DNA from: Eledone cirrhosa
Lineage: Eukaryota
Assembly (NCBI GenBank): GCA_964016885.1
Contig: OZ024743.1
Location: 74,028,001 to 74,092,000, forward strand
DNA length: 64,000 nucleotides
Reading direction: 5' to 3'
Under the pieces are notes generated by a model. That model did not search any database, had not been told where the DNA came from, and worked only from the letters and a program-made list of their open reading frames with translations. Position numbers and translations under genes: made by a program. Positions 36,601 to 51,600 of the stretch are shown piece by piece (position 1 is the first letter of the stretch; each line of letters starts with the position of its first letter).

Positions 36601-39600
36601 CGTTTGTGACAGTGATTGTCTAAATAATGTCTATATCACTTTTGTGGCAGTGATTGTCTAAATATTGTCTACATCACATTTATGATAGTGATTGTCTAAA
36701 TAACGTCTATACGACTTATGTGACAGTGATTGTCTAAATAATGTCAATACCACTTTTGTGACAGTGATTGTATAAATAATGTCTATACAACTTTTGTGAC
36801 AGTGATTGTCTAAATAATGGCTCTACCACTTTTGTGACAGTGATTGTCTAAATAATGTGTATATCACTTTTATGACAGTGATTGTCTAAATAATGTCTCT
36901 ACCAATTTTGTGACAGTGATTGTCTAAATGTCTGTACCACTTTTGTGACAGTGATTGTCTAAGTAATGTCTGTACCACTTTTGTGACAGTGATTGTCTAA
37001 ATGATGTGTCTACCACTTTTGTGACAGTGATTGTCTAAATAATGTGTCCACCACTTTTGTTACAGTGATTGTCTGAATAATGTATCTACCACTTTTGTGA
37101 CAGTGATTGTCTATATAATGTCTGTACCACTTTTGTGACTGATTGTCTAAATAAGGTCTATACCACTTTTGTGACAGTGATTGTCTAAATAATGTCTATA
37201 CCATTTTTGTGACAGTGATTGTCTAAATAATGTCTACCACTTTTGTGATAGTGATTGTCTAAAAAATGTCAATACCACTTTTGTGACAGTGATTGTCTAA
37301 ATAATGTCTATACCACTTTTGTGACAGTGATTGTCTAAATAATGTGTCTACCACTTTTATGACAATGATTGTCGAAATAATGTCTATACAACTTTTGCGA
37401 CAGTGGTTGGCTAAATAATGTCTGTACCACTTTTGTGACAGTGATTGTCTGAAAAATGTCTATACCACTTTTGTGACAATGATTGTCTAAATGATGTGTC
37501 TACCACTTTTGTGACAGTGATTATCTAAATAATGTGTCTACCACTTTTGTGACAGTGATTGTCTGAATAATGTATCTACCACTTTTGTGACAGCGATTGT
37601 CTAAATAATGTTACTACCCCTTTTGTGACAGTGATTGTCTAAATAATGTCTACCACTTTTCTGACAGTGATTGTCTGAAAAATGTCTATACCACTTTTGT
37701 GACAGTGATTGTCTAAATAATGTGTCTACCACTTTTGTGACAGTGATTGTCTAAATAATGTTACTACCCCTTTTGTGACAGTGATTGTCTAAATAATGTC
37801 TACCACTTTTCTGACAGTGGTTGTCTGAAAAATGTTACTACCCCTTTTATGTTAGTGATTGTCCAAATAATGTCTATACCACTTTCGTAACAGTGATTGT
37901 CTAAATAATGTCGGTACCACTTTTGTGACAATGATTGTCTAAATAATGTCCGTACCACATTTGTAACACTGATTGTCTAAATAATGTCTATATTACTTTT
38001 GTGACAATGATACTCTAAATAACGTCTATACCACTTATATGACAGTGATTGTCTAAATAATGTTTCTACCACTTTTGTGACAGTCATTGTCTAAATAATG
38101 TCTATAACCCTTTTGTGACAATGATTGTCTTAATAATATCTGTATCACTTTTGTGACAGTGATTGTCTAAATAATGTGTCTACCACTTTTGTGACAGTGA
38201 TTGTATAAATAATGTCTATACCACCTTTGGGAGAGTGATTGTCTAAATAATATCTATATCACTTTTGTGACAGTGATTGTCTAAATAATGTGCCTACCAC
38301 TTTTGTGAAAGTGATTGTCTAAATAATGTCTATACCACGTTTCTGATAGTGATTGTCTAAATAGTATCTATATCACTTTTGTGACAGTGATTGTCTAAAT
38401 AATGTGCCTACCACGTTTGTGACAGTGATTGTCTAAATAATATCTATACCACTTTTGTGACAGTGATTGTCTAAACAATGACTATAACACCTTTGTGCCA
38501 GTGATTGCCTAAATAATATCTATACCACTTTTGTGACAGTGATTGTCTAAATATTGTTTATATTACCTTTGTGACAGTGATTGTCTAAATAATGTTGGTA
38601 CCACTTTTGCGACAGTGATTGTCTAAATAATGTGTATATCACGTTTGTGACAGTTATTGTCTAAAAAATGTCTATACAACTTTTGTGACAGTTATTGTCT
38701 AAATAATGTCTGCACCACTTTTGTGACTGTGATTGTCTAAGTAATGTCTCTACCCCTTTTGTGACAGCGATTGACTAAATAATGTGTCTACCACTTTTGT
38801 GACAGTGATTGTCTAAATAATATGTCTACCTCTTTTGTGACAGTGATTGTCTAAATAATGTGTCTACCACTTTTATGACAATGATTGTCGAAATAATGTC
38901 TATACAACTTTTGCGACAGTGGTTGGCTAAATAATGTCTGTACCACTTTTGTGACAGTGATTGTCTGAAAAATGTCTATACCACTTTTGTGACAATGATT
39001 GTCTAAATGATGTGTCTACCACTTTAGTGACAGTTATTATCTAAATAATGTGTCTACCACTTTTGCGACAGTGATTGTCTGAATAATGTATCTACCACTT
39101 TTGTGACAGTGATTGTCTAAATAATGTTACTACCCCTTTTGTGACAGTGATTGTCTAAATAATGTCTACCACTTTTCTGACAGTGATTGTCTGAAAAATG
39201 TCTATACCACTTTTGTGACAGTGATTGTCTAAATAATGTGTCTACCACTTTTGTGACAGTGATTGTCTAAATAATGTTACTACCCCTTTTGTGACAGTGA
39301 TTGTCTAAATAATGTCTACCACTTTTCTGACAGTGGTTGTCTGAAAAATGTTACTACCCCTTTTATGTTAGTGATTGTCCAAATAATGTCTATACCACTT
39401 TCGTAACAGTGATTGTCTAAATAATGTCGGTACCACTTTTGTGACAATGATTGTCTAAATAATGTCCGTACCACATTTGTAACACTGATTGTCTAAATAA
39501 TGTCTATATTACTTTTGTGACAATGATACTCTAAATAACGTCTATACCACTTATATGACAGTTATTGTCTAAATAATGTTTCTACCACTTTTGTGACAGT

Positions 39601-42600
39601 CATTGTCTAAATAATGTCTATAACCCTTTTGTGACAATGATTGTCTTAATAATATCTGTATCACTTTTGTGACAGTGATTGTCTAAATAATGTGTCTACC
39701 ACTTTTGTGACAGTGATTGTATAAATAATGTCTATACCACCTTTGGGAGAGTGATTGTCTAAATAATATCTATATCACTTTTGTGATAGTGATTGTCTAA
39801 ATAATGTGCCTACCACTTTTGTGAAAGTGATTGTCTAAATAATGTCTATACCACGTTTCTGATAGTGATTGTCTAAATAGTATCTATATCACTTTTGTGA
39901 CAGTGATTGTCTAAATAATGTGCCTACCACGTTTGTGACAGTGATTGTCTAAATAATGTCTATACCACTTTTGTGACAGTGATTGTCTAAACAATGTCTA
40001 TAACACCTTTGTGCCAGTGATTGTCTAAATAATATCTATACCACCTTTGTGACAGTGATTGTCTAAATATTGTTTATATTACCTTTGTGACAGTGATTGT
40101 CTAAATAATGTTGGTACCACTTTTGCGACAGTGATTGTCTAAATAATGTGTATATCACGTTTGTGACAGTGATTGTCTAAAAAATGTCTATACAACTTTT
40201 GTGACAGTTATTGTCTAAATAATGTCTGCACCACTTTTGTGACTGTGATTGTCTAAGTAATGTCTCTACCCCTTTTGTGACAGCGATTGACTAAATAAAG
40301 TGTCTACCACTTTTGTGACAGTGATTGTCTAAATAATATGTCTACCTCTTTTGTGACAGTGATTGTCTAAATAATGTGTCTACCACTTTTATGACAATGA
40401 TTGTCGAAATAATGTCTATACAACTTTTGCGACAGTGGTTGGCTAAATAATGTCTGTACCACTTTTGTGACAGTGATTGTCTGAAAAATGTCTATACCAC
40501 TTTTGTGACAATGATTGTCTAAATGATGTGTCTACCACTTTTGTGACAGTGATTATCTAAATAATGTGTCTACCACTTTTGTGACAGTGATTGTCTGAAT
40601 AATGTATCTACCACTTTTGTGACAGTGATTGTCTAAATAATGTTACTACCCCTTTTGTGACAGTGATTGTCTAAATAATGTCTACCACTTTTCTGACAGT
40701 GATTGTCTGAAAAATGTCTATACCACTTTTGTGACAGTGATTGTCTAAATAATGTGTCTACCACTTTTGTGACAGTGATTGTCTAAATAATGTTACTACC
40801 CCTTTTGTGACAGTGATTGTCTAAATAATGTCTACCACTTTTCTGACAGTGGTTGTCTGAAAAATGTTACTACGCCTTTTATGTTAGTGATTGTCCAAAT
40901 AATGTCTATACCACTTTCGTAACAGTGATTGTCTAAATAATGTCGGTACCACTTTTGTGACAATGATTGTCTAAATAATGTCCGTACCACATTTGTAACA
41001 CTGATTGTCTAAATAATGTCTATATTACTTTTGTGACAATAAAAATCTAAATAACGTCTATACCACTTATATGACAGTGATTGTCTAAATAATGTTTCTA
41101 CCACTTTTGTGACAGTCATTGTCTAAATAATGTCTATAACCCTTTTGTGACAATGATTGTCTTAATAATATCTGTATCACTTTTGTGACAGTGATTGTCT
41201 AAATAATGTGTCTACCACTTTTGTGACAGTGATTGTATAAATAATGTCTATACCACCTTTGGGAGAGTGATTGTCTAAATAATATCTATATCACTTTTGT
41301 GACAGTGATTGTCTAAATAATGTGCCTACCACTTTTCTGAAAGTGATTGTCTAAATAATGTCTATACCACGTTTCTGATAGTGATTGTCTAAATAGTATC
41401 TATATCACTTTTGTGACAGTGATTGTCTAAATAATGTACCTACCACGTTTGTGACAGTGATTGTCTAAATAATGTCTATACCACTTTTGTAACAGTGATT
41501 GTCTAAACAATGTCTATAACACCTTTGTGCCAGTGATTGTCTAAATAATATCTATACCACTTTTGTGACAGTGATTGTCTAAATATTGTTTATATTACCT
41601 TTGTGACAGTGATTGTCTAAATAATGTTGGTACCACTTTTGCGACAGTGATTGTCTAAATAATGTGTATATCACGTTTGTGACAGTGATTGTCTAAATAA
41701 TGTCTATACAACTTTCGTGACAGTTATTGTCTAAGTAATGTCTCTACCCCTTTTGTGACAGCGATTGACTAAATAATGTGTCTACCACTTTTGTGACAGT
41801 GATTGTCTAAATAATATGTCTACCTCTTTTGTGACAGTGATTGTCTAAATTATGTGTCTACCACTTTTGTGACAATGATTGTCGAAATAATGTCTATACA
41901 ACTTTTGCGATAGTGGTTGGCTAAATAATGTCTGTACCACTTTTGTGACAGTGATTGTCTGAAAAATGTCTATACCACTTTTGTGACAATGATTGTCTAA
42001 ATAATGTGTCTACCACTTTTGTGACAGTGATTCTCTAAATAATGTCTATACCACGTTTGTGACAGTGATTGTCTAAATAATGTCTATATCACTTTTGTGG
42101 CAGTGATTGTCTAAATATTGTCTACATCACATTTATGATAGTGATTGTCTAAATAACGTCTATACGACTTATGTGACAGTGATTGTCTAAATAATGTCAA
42201 TACCACTTTTGTGACAGTGATTGTATAAATAATGTCTATACAACTTTTGTGACAGTGATTGTCTAAATAATGGCTCTACCACTTTTGTGACAGTGATTGT
42301 CTAAATAATGTGTATATCACTTTTATGACAGTGATTGTCTAAATAATGTCTCTACCACTTTTGTGACAGTGATTGTCTAAATGTCTGTACCACTTTTGTG
42401 ACAGTGATTGTCTAAGTAATGTCTGTACCACTTTTGTGACAGTGATTGTCTAAATGATGTGTCTACCACTTTTGTGACAGTGATTGTCTAAATAATGTGT
42501 CCACCACTTTTGTTACAGTGATTGTCTGAATAATGTATCTACCACTTTTGTGACAGTGATTGTCTATATAATGTCTGTACCACTTTTGTGACTGATTGTC

Positions 42601-45600
42601 TAAATAAGGTCTATACCACTTTTGTGACAGTGATTGTCTAAATAATGTCTATACCATTTTTGTGACAGTGATTGTCTAAATAATGTCTACCACTTTTGTG
42701 ATAGTGATTGTCTAAAAAATGTCAATACCACTTTTGTGACAGTGATTGTCTAAATAATGTCTATACCACTTTTGTGACAGTGATTGTCTAAATAATGTGT
42801 CTACCACTTTTATGACAATGATTGTCGAAATAATGTCTATACAACTTTTGCGACAGTGGTTGGCTAAATAATGTCTGTACCACTTTTGTGACAGTGATTG
42901 TCTGAAAAATGTCTATACCACTTTTGTGACAATGATTGTCTAAATGATGTGTCTACCACTTTTGTGACAGTGATTATCTAAATAATGTGTCTACCACTTT
43001 TGTGACAGTGATTGTCTGAATAATGTATCTACCACTTTTGTGACAGCGATTGTCTAAATAATGTTACTACCCCTTTTGTGACAGTGATTGTCTAAATAAT
43101 GTCTACCACTTTTCTGACAGTGATTGTCTGAAAAATGTCTATACCACTTTTGTGACAGTGATTGTCTAAATAATGTGTCTACCACTTTTGTGACAGTGAT
43201 TGTCTAAATAATGTTACTACCCCTTTTGTGACAGTGATTGTCTAAATAATGTCTACCACTTTTCTGACAGTGGTTGTCTGAAAAATGTTACTACCCCTTT
43301 TATGTTAGTGATTGTCCAAATAATGTCTATACCACTTTCGTAACAGTGATTGTCTAAATAATGTCGGTACCACTTTTGTGACAATGATTGTCTAAATAAT
43401 GTCCGTACCACATTTGTAACACTGATTGTCTAAATAATGTCTATATTACTTTTGTGACAATGATACTCTAAATAACGTCTATACCACTTATATGACAGTG
43501 ATTGTCTAAATAATGTTTCTACCACTTTTGTGACAGTCATTGTCTAAATAATGTCTATAACCCTTTTGTGACAATGATTGTCTTAATAATATCTGTATCA
43601 CTTTTGTGACAGTGATTGTCTAAATAATGTGTCTACCACTTTTGTGACAGTGATTGTATAAATAATGTCTATACCACCTTTGGGAGAGTGATTGTCTAAA
43701 TAATATCTATATCACTTTTGTGACAGTGATTGTCTAAATAATGTGCCTACCACTTTTGTGAAAGTGATTGTCTAAATAATGTCTATACCACGTTTCTGAT
43801 AGTGATTGTCTAAATAGTATCTATATCACTTTTGTGACAGTGATTGTCTAAATAATGTGCCTACCACGTTTGTGACAGTGATTGTCTAAATAATATCTAT
43901 ACCACTTTTGTGACAGTGATTGTCTAAACAATGACTATAACACCTTTGTGCCAGTGATTGCCTAAATAATATCTATACCACTTTTGTGACAGTGATTGTC
44001 TAAATATTGTTTATATTACCTTTGTGACAGTGATTGTCTAAATAATGTTGGTACCACTTTTGCGACAGTGATTGTCTAAATAATGTGTATATCACGTTTG
44101 TGACAGTTATTGTCTAAAAAATGTCTATACAACTTTTGTGACAGTTATTGTCTAAATAATGTCTGCACCACTTTTGTGACTGTGATTGTCTAAGTAATGT
44201 CTCTACCCCTTTTGTGACAGCGATTGACTAAATAATGTGTCTACCACTTTTGTGACAGTGATTGTCTAAATAATATGTCTACCTCTTTTGTGACAGTGAT
44301 TGTCTAAATAATGTGTCTACCACTTTTATGACAATGATTGTCGAAATAATGTCTATACAACTTTTGCGACAGTGGTTGGCTAAATAATGTCTGTACCACT
44401 TTTGTGACAGTGATTGTCTGAAAAATGTCTATACCACTTTTGTGACAATGATTGTCTAAATGATGTGTCTACCACTTTTGTGACAGTTATTATCTAAATA
44501 ATGTGTCTACCACTTTTGCGACAGTGATTGTCTGAATAATGTATCTACCACTTTTCTGACAGTGATTGTCTGAAAAATGTCTATACCACTTTTGTGACAG
44601 TGATTGTCTAAATAATGTGTCTACCACTTTTGTGACAGTGATTGTCTAAATAATGTTACTACCCCTTTTGTGACAGTGATTGTCTAAATAATGTCTACCA
44701 CTTTTCTGACAGTGGTTGTCTGAAAAATGTTACTACCCCTTTTATGTTAGTGATTGTCCAAATAATGTCTATACCACTTTCGTAACAGTGATTGTCTAAA
44801 TAATGTCGGTACCACTTTTGTGACAATGATTGTCTAAATAATGTCCGTACCACATTTGTAACACTGATTGTCTAAATAATGTCTATATTACTTTTGTGAC
44901 AATAAAAATCTAAATAACGTCTATACCACTTATATGACAGTGATTGTCTAAATAATGTTTCTACCACTTTTGTGACAGTCATTGTCTAAATAATGTCTAT
45001 AACCCTTTTGTGACAATGATTGTCTTAATAATATCTGTATCACTTTTGTGACAGTGATTGTCTAAATAATGTGTCTACCACTTTTGTGACAGTGATTGTA
45101 TAAATAATGTCTATACCACCTTTGGGAGAGTGATTGTCTAAATAATATCTATATCACTTTTGTGACAGTGATTGTCTAAATAATGTGCCTACCACTTTTG
45201 TGAAAGTGATTGTCTAAATAATGTCTATACCACGTTTCTGATAGTGATTGTCTAAATAGTATCTATATCACTTTTGTGACAGTGATTGTCTAAATAATGT
45301 ACCTACCACGTTTGTGACAGTGATTGTCTAAATAATGTCTATACCACTTTTGTAACAGTGATTGTCTAAACAATGTCTATAACACCTTTGTGCCAGTGAT
45401 TGTCTAAATAATATCTATACCACTTTTGTGACAGTGATTGTCTAAATATTGTTTATATTACCTTTGTGACAGTGATTGTCTAAATAATGTTGGTACCACT
45501 TTTGCGACAGTGATTGTCTGAATAATGTGTATATCACGTTTGCGACAGTGATTGTCTAAAAAATGTCTATACAACTTTTGTGACAGTTATTGTCTAAATA

Positions 45601-48600
45601 ATGTCTGCACCACTTTTGTGACTGTGATTGTCTAAGTAATGTCTCTACCCCTTTTGTGACAGCGATTGACTAAATAATGTGTCTACCACTTTTGTGACAG
45701 TGATTGTCTAAATAATATGTCTACCTCTTTTGTGACAGTGATTGTCTAAATAATGTGTCTACCACTTTTATGACAATGATTGTCGAAATAATGTCTATAC
45801 AACTTTTGCGACAGTGGTTGGCTAAATAATGTCTGTACCACTTTTGTGACAGTGATTGTCTGAAAAATGTCTATACCACTCTTGTGACAATGATTGTCTA
45901 AATGATGTGTCTACCACTTTAGTGACAGTTATTATCTAAATAATGTGTCTACCACTTTTGCGACAGTGATTGTCTGAATAATGTATCTACCACTTTTGTG
46001 ACAGTGATTGTCTAAATAATGTTACTACCCCTTTTGTGACAGTGATTGTCTAAATAATGTCTACCACTTTTCTGACAGTGATTGTCTGAAAAATGTCTAT
46101 ACCACTTTTGTGACAGTGATTGTCTAAATAATGTGTCTACCACTTTTGTGACAGTGATTGTCTAAATAATGTTACTACCCCTTTTGTGACAGTGATTGTC
46201 TAAATAATGTCTACCACTTTTCTGACAGTGGTTGTCTGAAAAATGTTACTACCCCTTTTATGTTAGTGATTGTCCAAATAATGTCTATACCACTTTCGTA
46301 ACAGTGATTGTCTAAATAATGTCGGTACCACTTTTGTGACAATGATTGTCTAAATAATGTCCGTACCACATTTGTAACACTGATTGTCTAAATAATGTCT
46401 ATATTACTTTTGTGACAATGATACTCTAAATAACGTCTATACCACTTATATGACAGTTATTGTCTAAATAATGTTTCTACCACTTTTGTGACAGTCATTG
46501 TCTAAATAATGTCTATAACCCTTTTGTGACAATGATTGTCTTAATAATATCTGTATCACTTTTGTGACAGTGATTGTCTAAATAATGTGTCTACCACTTT
46601 TGTGACAGTGATTGTATAAATAATGTCTATACCACCTTTGGGAGAGTGATTGTCTAAATAATATCTATATCACTTTTGTGACAGTGATTGTCTAAATAAT
46701 GTGCCTACCACTTTTGTGAAAGTGATTGTCTAAATAATGTCTATACCACGTTTCTGATAGTGATTGTCTAAATAGTATCTATATCACTTTTGTGACAGTG
46801 ATTGTCTAAATAATGTGCCTACCACGTTTGTGACAGTGATTGTCTAAATAATGTCTATACCACTTTTGTGACAGTGATTGTCTAAACAATGTCTATAACA
46901 CCTTTGTGCCAGTGATTGTCTAAATAATATCTATACCACTTTTGTGACAGTGATTGTCTAAATATTGTTTATATTACCTTTGTGACAGTGATTGTCTAAA
47001 TAATGTTGGTACCACTTTTGCGACAGTGATTGTCTAAATAATGTGTATATCACGTTTGTGACAGTGATTGTCTAAAAAATGTCTATACAACTTTTGTGAC
47101 AGTTATTGTCTAAATAATGTCTGCACCACTTTTGTGACTGTGATTGTCTAAGTAATGTCTCTACCCCTTTTGTGACAGCGATTGACTAAATAATGTGTCT
47201 ACCACTTTTGTGACAGTGATTGTCTAAATAATATGTCTACCTCTTTTGTGACAGTGATTGTCTAAATAATGTGTCTACCACTTTTATGACAATGATTGTC
47301 GAAATAATGTCTATACAACTTTTGCGACAGTGGTTGGCTAAATAATGTCTGTACCACTTTTGTGACAGTGATTGTCTGAAAAATGTCTATACCACTTTTG
47401 TGACAATGATTGTCTAAATGATGTGTCTACCACTTTTGTGACAGTGATTATCTAAATAATGAGTCTACCACTTTTGTGACAGTGATTGTCTGAATAATGT
47501 ATCTACCACTTTTGTGACAGTGATTGTCTAAATAATGTTACTACCCCTTTTGTGACAGTGATTGTCTAAATAATGTCTACCACTTTTCTGACAGTGATTG
47601 TCTGAAAAATGTCTATACCACTTTTGTGACAGTGATTGTCTAAATAATGTGTCTACCACTTTTGTGACAGTGATTGTCTAAATAATGTTACTACCCCTTT
47701 TGTGACAGTGATTGTCTAAATAATGTCTACCACTTTTCTGACAGTGGTTGTCTGAAAAATGTTACTACCCCTTTTATGTTAGTGATTGTCCAAATAATGT
47801 CTATACCACTTTCGTAACAGTGATTGTCTAAATAATGTCGGTACCACTTTTGTGACAATGATTGTCTAAATAATGTCCGTACCACATTTGTAACACTGAT
47901 TGTCTAAATAATGTCTATATTACTTTTGTGACAATAAAAATCTAAATAACGTCTATACCACTTATATGACAGTGATTGTCTAAATAATGTTTCTACCACT
48001 TTTGTGACAGTCATTGTCTAAATAATGTCTATAACCCTTTTGTGACAATGATTGTCTTAATAATATCTGTATCACTTTTGTGACAGTGATTGTCTAAATA
48101 ATGTGTCTACCACTTTTGTGACAGTGATTGTATAAATAATGTCTATACCACCTTTGGGAGAGTGATTGTCTAAATAATATCTATATCACTTTTGTGACAG
48201 TGATTGTCTAAATAATGTGCCTACCACTTTTCTGAAAGTGATTGTCTAAATAATGTCTATACCACGTTTCTGATAGTGATTGTCTAAATAGTATCTATAT
48301 CACTTTTGTGACAGTGATTGTCTAAATAATGTACCTACCACGTTTGTGACAGTGATTGTCTAAATAATGTCTATACCACTTTTGTAACAGTGATTGTCTA
48401 AACAATGTCTATAACACCTTTGTGCCAGTGATTGTCTAAATAATATCTATACCACTTTTGTGACAGTGATTGTCTAAATATTGTTTATATTACCTTTGTG
48501 ACAGTGATTGTCTAAATAATGTTGGTACCACTTTTGCGACAGTGATTGTCTAAATAATGTGTATATCACGTTTGTGACAGTGATTGTCTAAATAATGTCT

Positions 48601-51600
48601 ATACAACTTTTGTGACAGTTATTGTCTAAGTAATGTCTCTACCCCTTTTGTGACAGCGATTGACTAAATAATGTGTCTACCACTTTTGTGACAGTGATTG
48701 TCTAAATAATATGTCTACCTCTTTTGTGACAGTGATTGTCTAAATTATGTGTCTACCACTTTTGTGACAATGATTGTCGAAATAATGTCTATACAACTTT
48801 TGCGACAGTGGTTGGCTAAATAATGTCTGTACCACTTTTGTGACAGTGATTGTCTGAAAAATGTCTATACCACTTTTGTGACAATGATTGTCTAAATAAT
48901 GTGTCTACCACTTTTGTGACAGTGATTCTCTAAATAATGTCTATACCACGTTTGTGACAGTGATTGTCTAAATAATGTCTATATCACTTTTGTGGCAGTG
49001 ATTGTCTAAATATTGTCTACATCACATTTATGATAGTGATTGTCTAAATAACGTCTATACGACTTATGTGACAGTGATTGTCTAAATAATGTCAATACCA
49101 CTTTTGTGACAGTGATTGTATAAATAATGTCTATACAACTTTTGTGACAGTGATTGTCTAAATAATGGCTCTACCACTTTTGTGACAGTGATTGTCTAAA
49201 TAATGTGTATATCACTTTTATGACAGTGATTGTCTAAATAATGTCTCTACCACTTTTGTGACAGTGATTGTCTAAATGTCTGTACCACTTTTGTGACAGT
49301 GATTGTCTAAGTAATGTCTGTACCACTTTTGTGACAGTGATTGTCTAAATGATGTGTCTACCACTTTTGTGACAGTGATTGTCTAAATAATGTGTCCACC
49401 ACTTTTGTTACAGTGATTGTCTGAATAATGTATCTACCACTTTTGTGACAGTGATTGTCTATATAATGTCTGTACCACTTTTGTGACTGATTGTCTAAAT
49501 AAGGTCTATACCACTTTTGTGACAGTGATTGTCTAAATAAGGTCTATACCACTTTTGTGACAGTGATTGTCTAAATAATGTCTATACCATTTTTGTGTCA
49601 GTGATTGTCTAAATAATGTCTACCACTTTTGTGATAGTGATTGTCTAAAAAATGTCAATACCACTTTTGTGACAGTGATTGTCTAAAAACGTCTATACCA
49701 CTTTTGTGACAGTGATTGTATAAATAATGTCTATACCACTTTTGTGGCAGTAATTGTCTAAATATTGTCTACATCACATTCGTGATAGTTATTGTCTAAA
49801 TAATGTCTATAGCTCTTTGCTGACAGTGATTGTTTAAATAATGTCTATACCACTTTTCTGACAGTGATTGTTTAAATAATATCTATATCACTTGTGTGAC
49901 GGTGATTGTCTAAATTATGTGTCTACCACTTTTGTGACAGTGATTGTTTAAATAATGTCAATAAACCTTTTGTGACAATGATTGTCTAAATAATATCTGT
50001 ATCACTCGTGACAGTGATTGTCTAAATAATGTGTCTACCACTTTTGTGACGGTGATTGTATAAATAATGTGTATACCACTTTTGGGAGAGTGATTGTCTA
50101 AATAATATCTATATCACTTTTGTGACAGTGATTGTCTAAATAATGTGCCTACCACTTTTGTGAAAGTGATTGTCTAAATAATGTCTATACCACGTTTCTG
50201 ATAGTGATTGTCTAAATAGTATCTATATCACTTTTGTGACAGTGATTGTCTAAATAATGTGCCTACCACGTTTGTGACAGTGATTGTCTAAATAATATCT
50301 ATACCACTTTTGTGACAGTGATTGTCTAAACAATGACTATAACACCTTTGTGCCAGTGATTGCCTAAATAATATCTATACCACTTTTGTGACAGTGATTG
50401 TCTAAATATTGTTTATATTACCTTTGTGACAGTGATTGTCTAAATAATGTTGGTACCACTTTTGCGACAGTGATTGTCTAAATAATGTGTATATCACGTT
50501 TGTGACAGTGATTGTCTAAAAAATGTCTATACAACTTTTGTGACAGTTATTGTCTAAATAATGTCTGCACCACTTTTGTGACTGTGATTGTCTAAGTAAT
50601 GTCTCTACCCCTTTTGTGACAGCGATTGACTAAATAATGTGTCTACCACTTTTGTGACAGTGATTGTCTAAATAATATGTCTACCTCTTTTGTGACAGTG
50701 ATTGTCTAAATAATGTGTCTACCACTTTTATGACAATGATTGTCGAAATAATGTCTATACAACTTTTGCGACAGTGGTTGGCTAAATAATGTCTGTACCA
50801 CTTTTGTGACAGTGATTGTCTGAAAAATGTCTATACCACTTTTGTGACAATGATTGTCTAAATGATGTGTCTACCACTTTTGTGACAGTTATTATCTAAA
50901 TAATGTGTCTACCACTTTTGCGACAGTGATTGTCTGAATAATGTATCTACCACTTTTCTGACAGTGATTGTCTGAAAAATGTCTATACCACTTTTGTGAC
51001 AGTGATTGTCTAAATAATGTGTCTACCACTTTTGTGACAGTGATTGTCTAAATAATGTTACTACCCCTTTTGTGACAGTGATTGTCTAAATAATGTCTAC
51101 CACTTTTCTGACAGTGGTTGTCTGAAAAATGTTACTACCCCTTTTATGTTAGTGATTGTCCAAATAATGTCTATACCACTTTCGTAACAGTGATTGTCTA
51201 AATAATGTCGGTACCACTTTTGTGACAATGATTGTCTAAATAATGTCCGTACCACATTTGTAACACTGATTGTCTAAATAATGTCTATATTACTTTTGTG
51301 ACAATAAAAATCTAAATAACGTCTATACCACTTATATGACAGTGATTGTCTAAATAATGTTTCTACCACTTTTGTGACAGTCATTGTCTAAATAATGTCT
51401 ATAACCCTTTTGTGACAATGATTGTCTTAATAATATCTGTATCACTTTTGTGACAGTGATTGTCTAAATAATGTGTCTACCACTTTTGTGACAGTGATTG
51501 TATAAATAATGTCTATACCACCTTTGGGAGAGTGATTGTCTAAATAATATCTATATCACTTTTGTGACAGTGATTGTCTAAATAATGTGCCTACCACTTT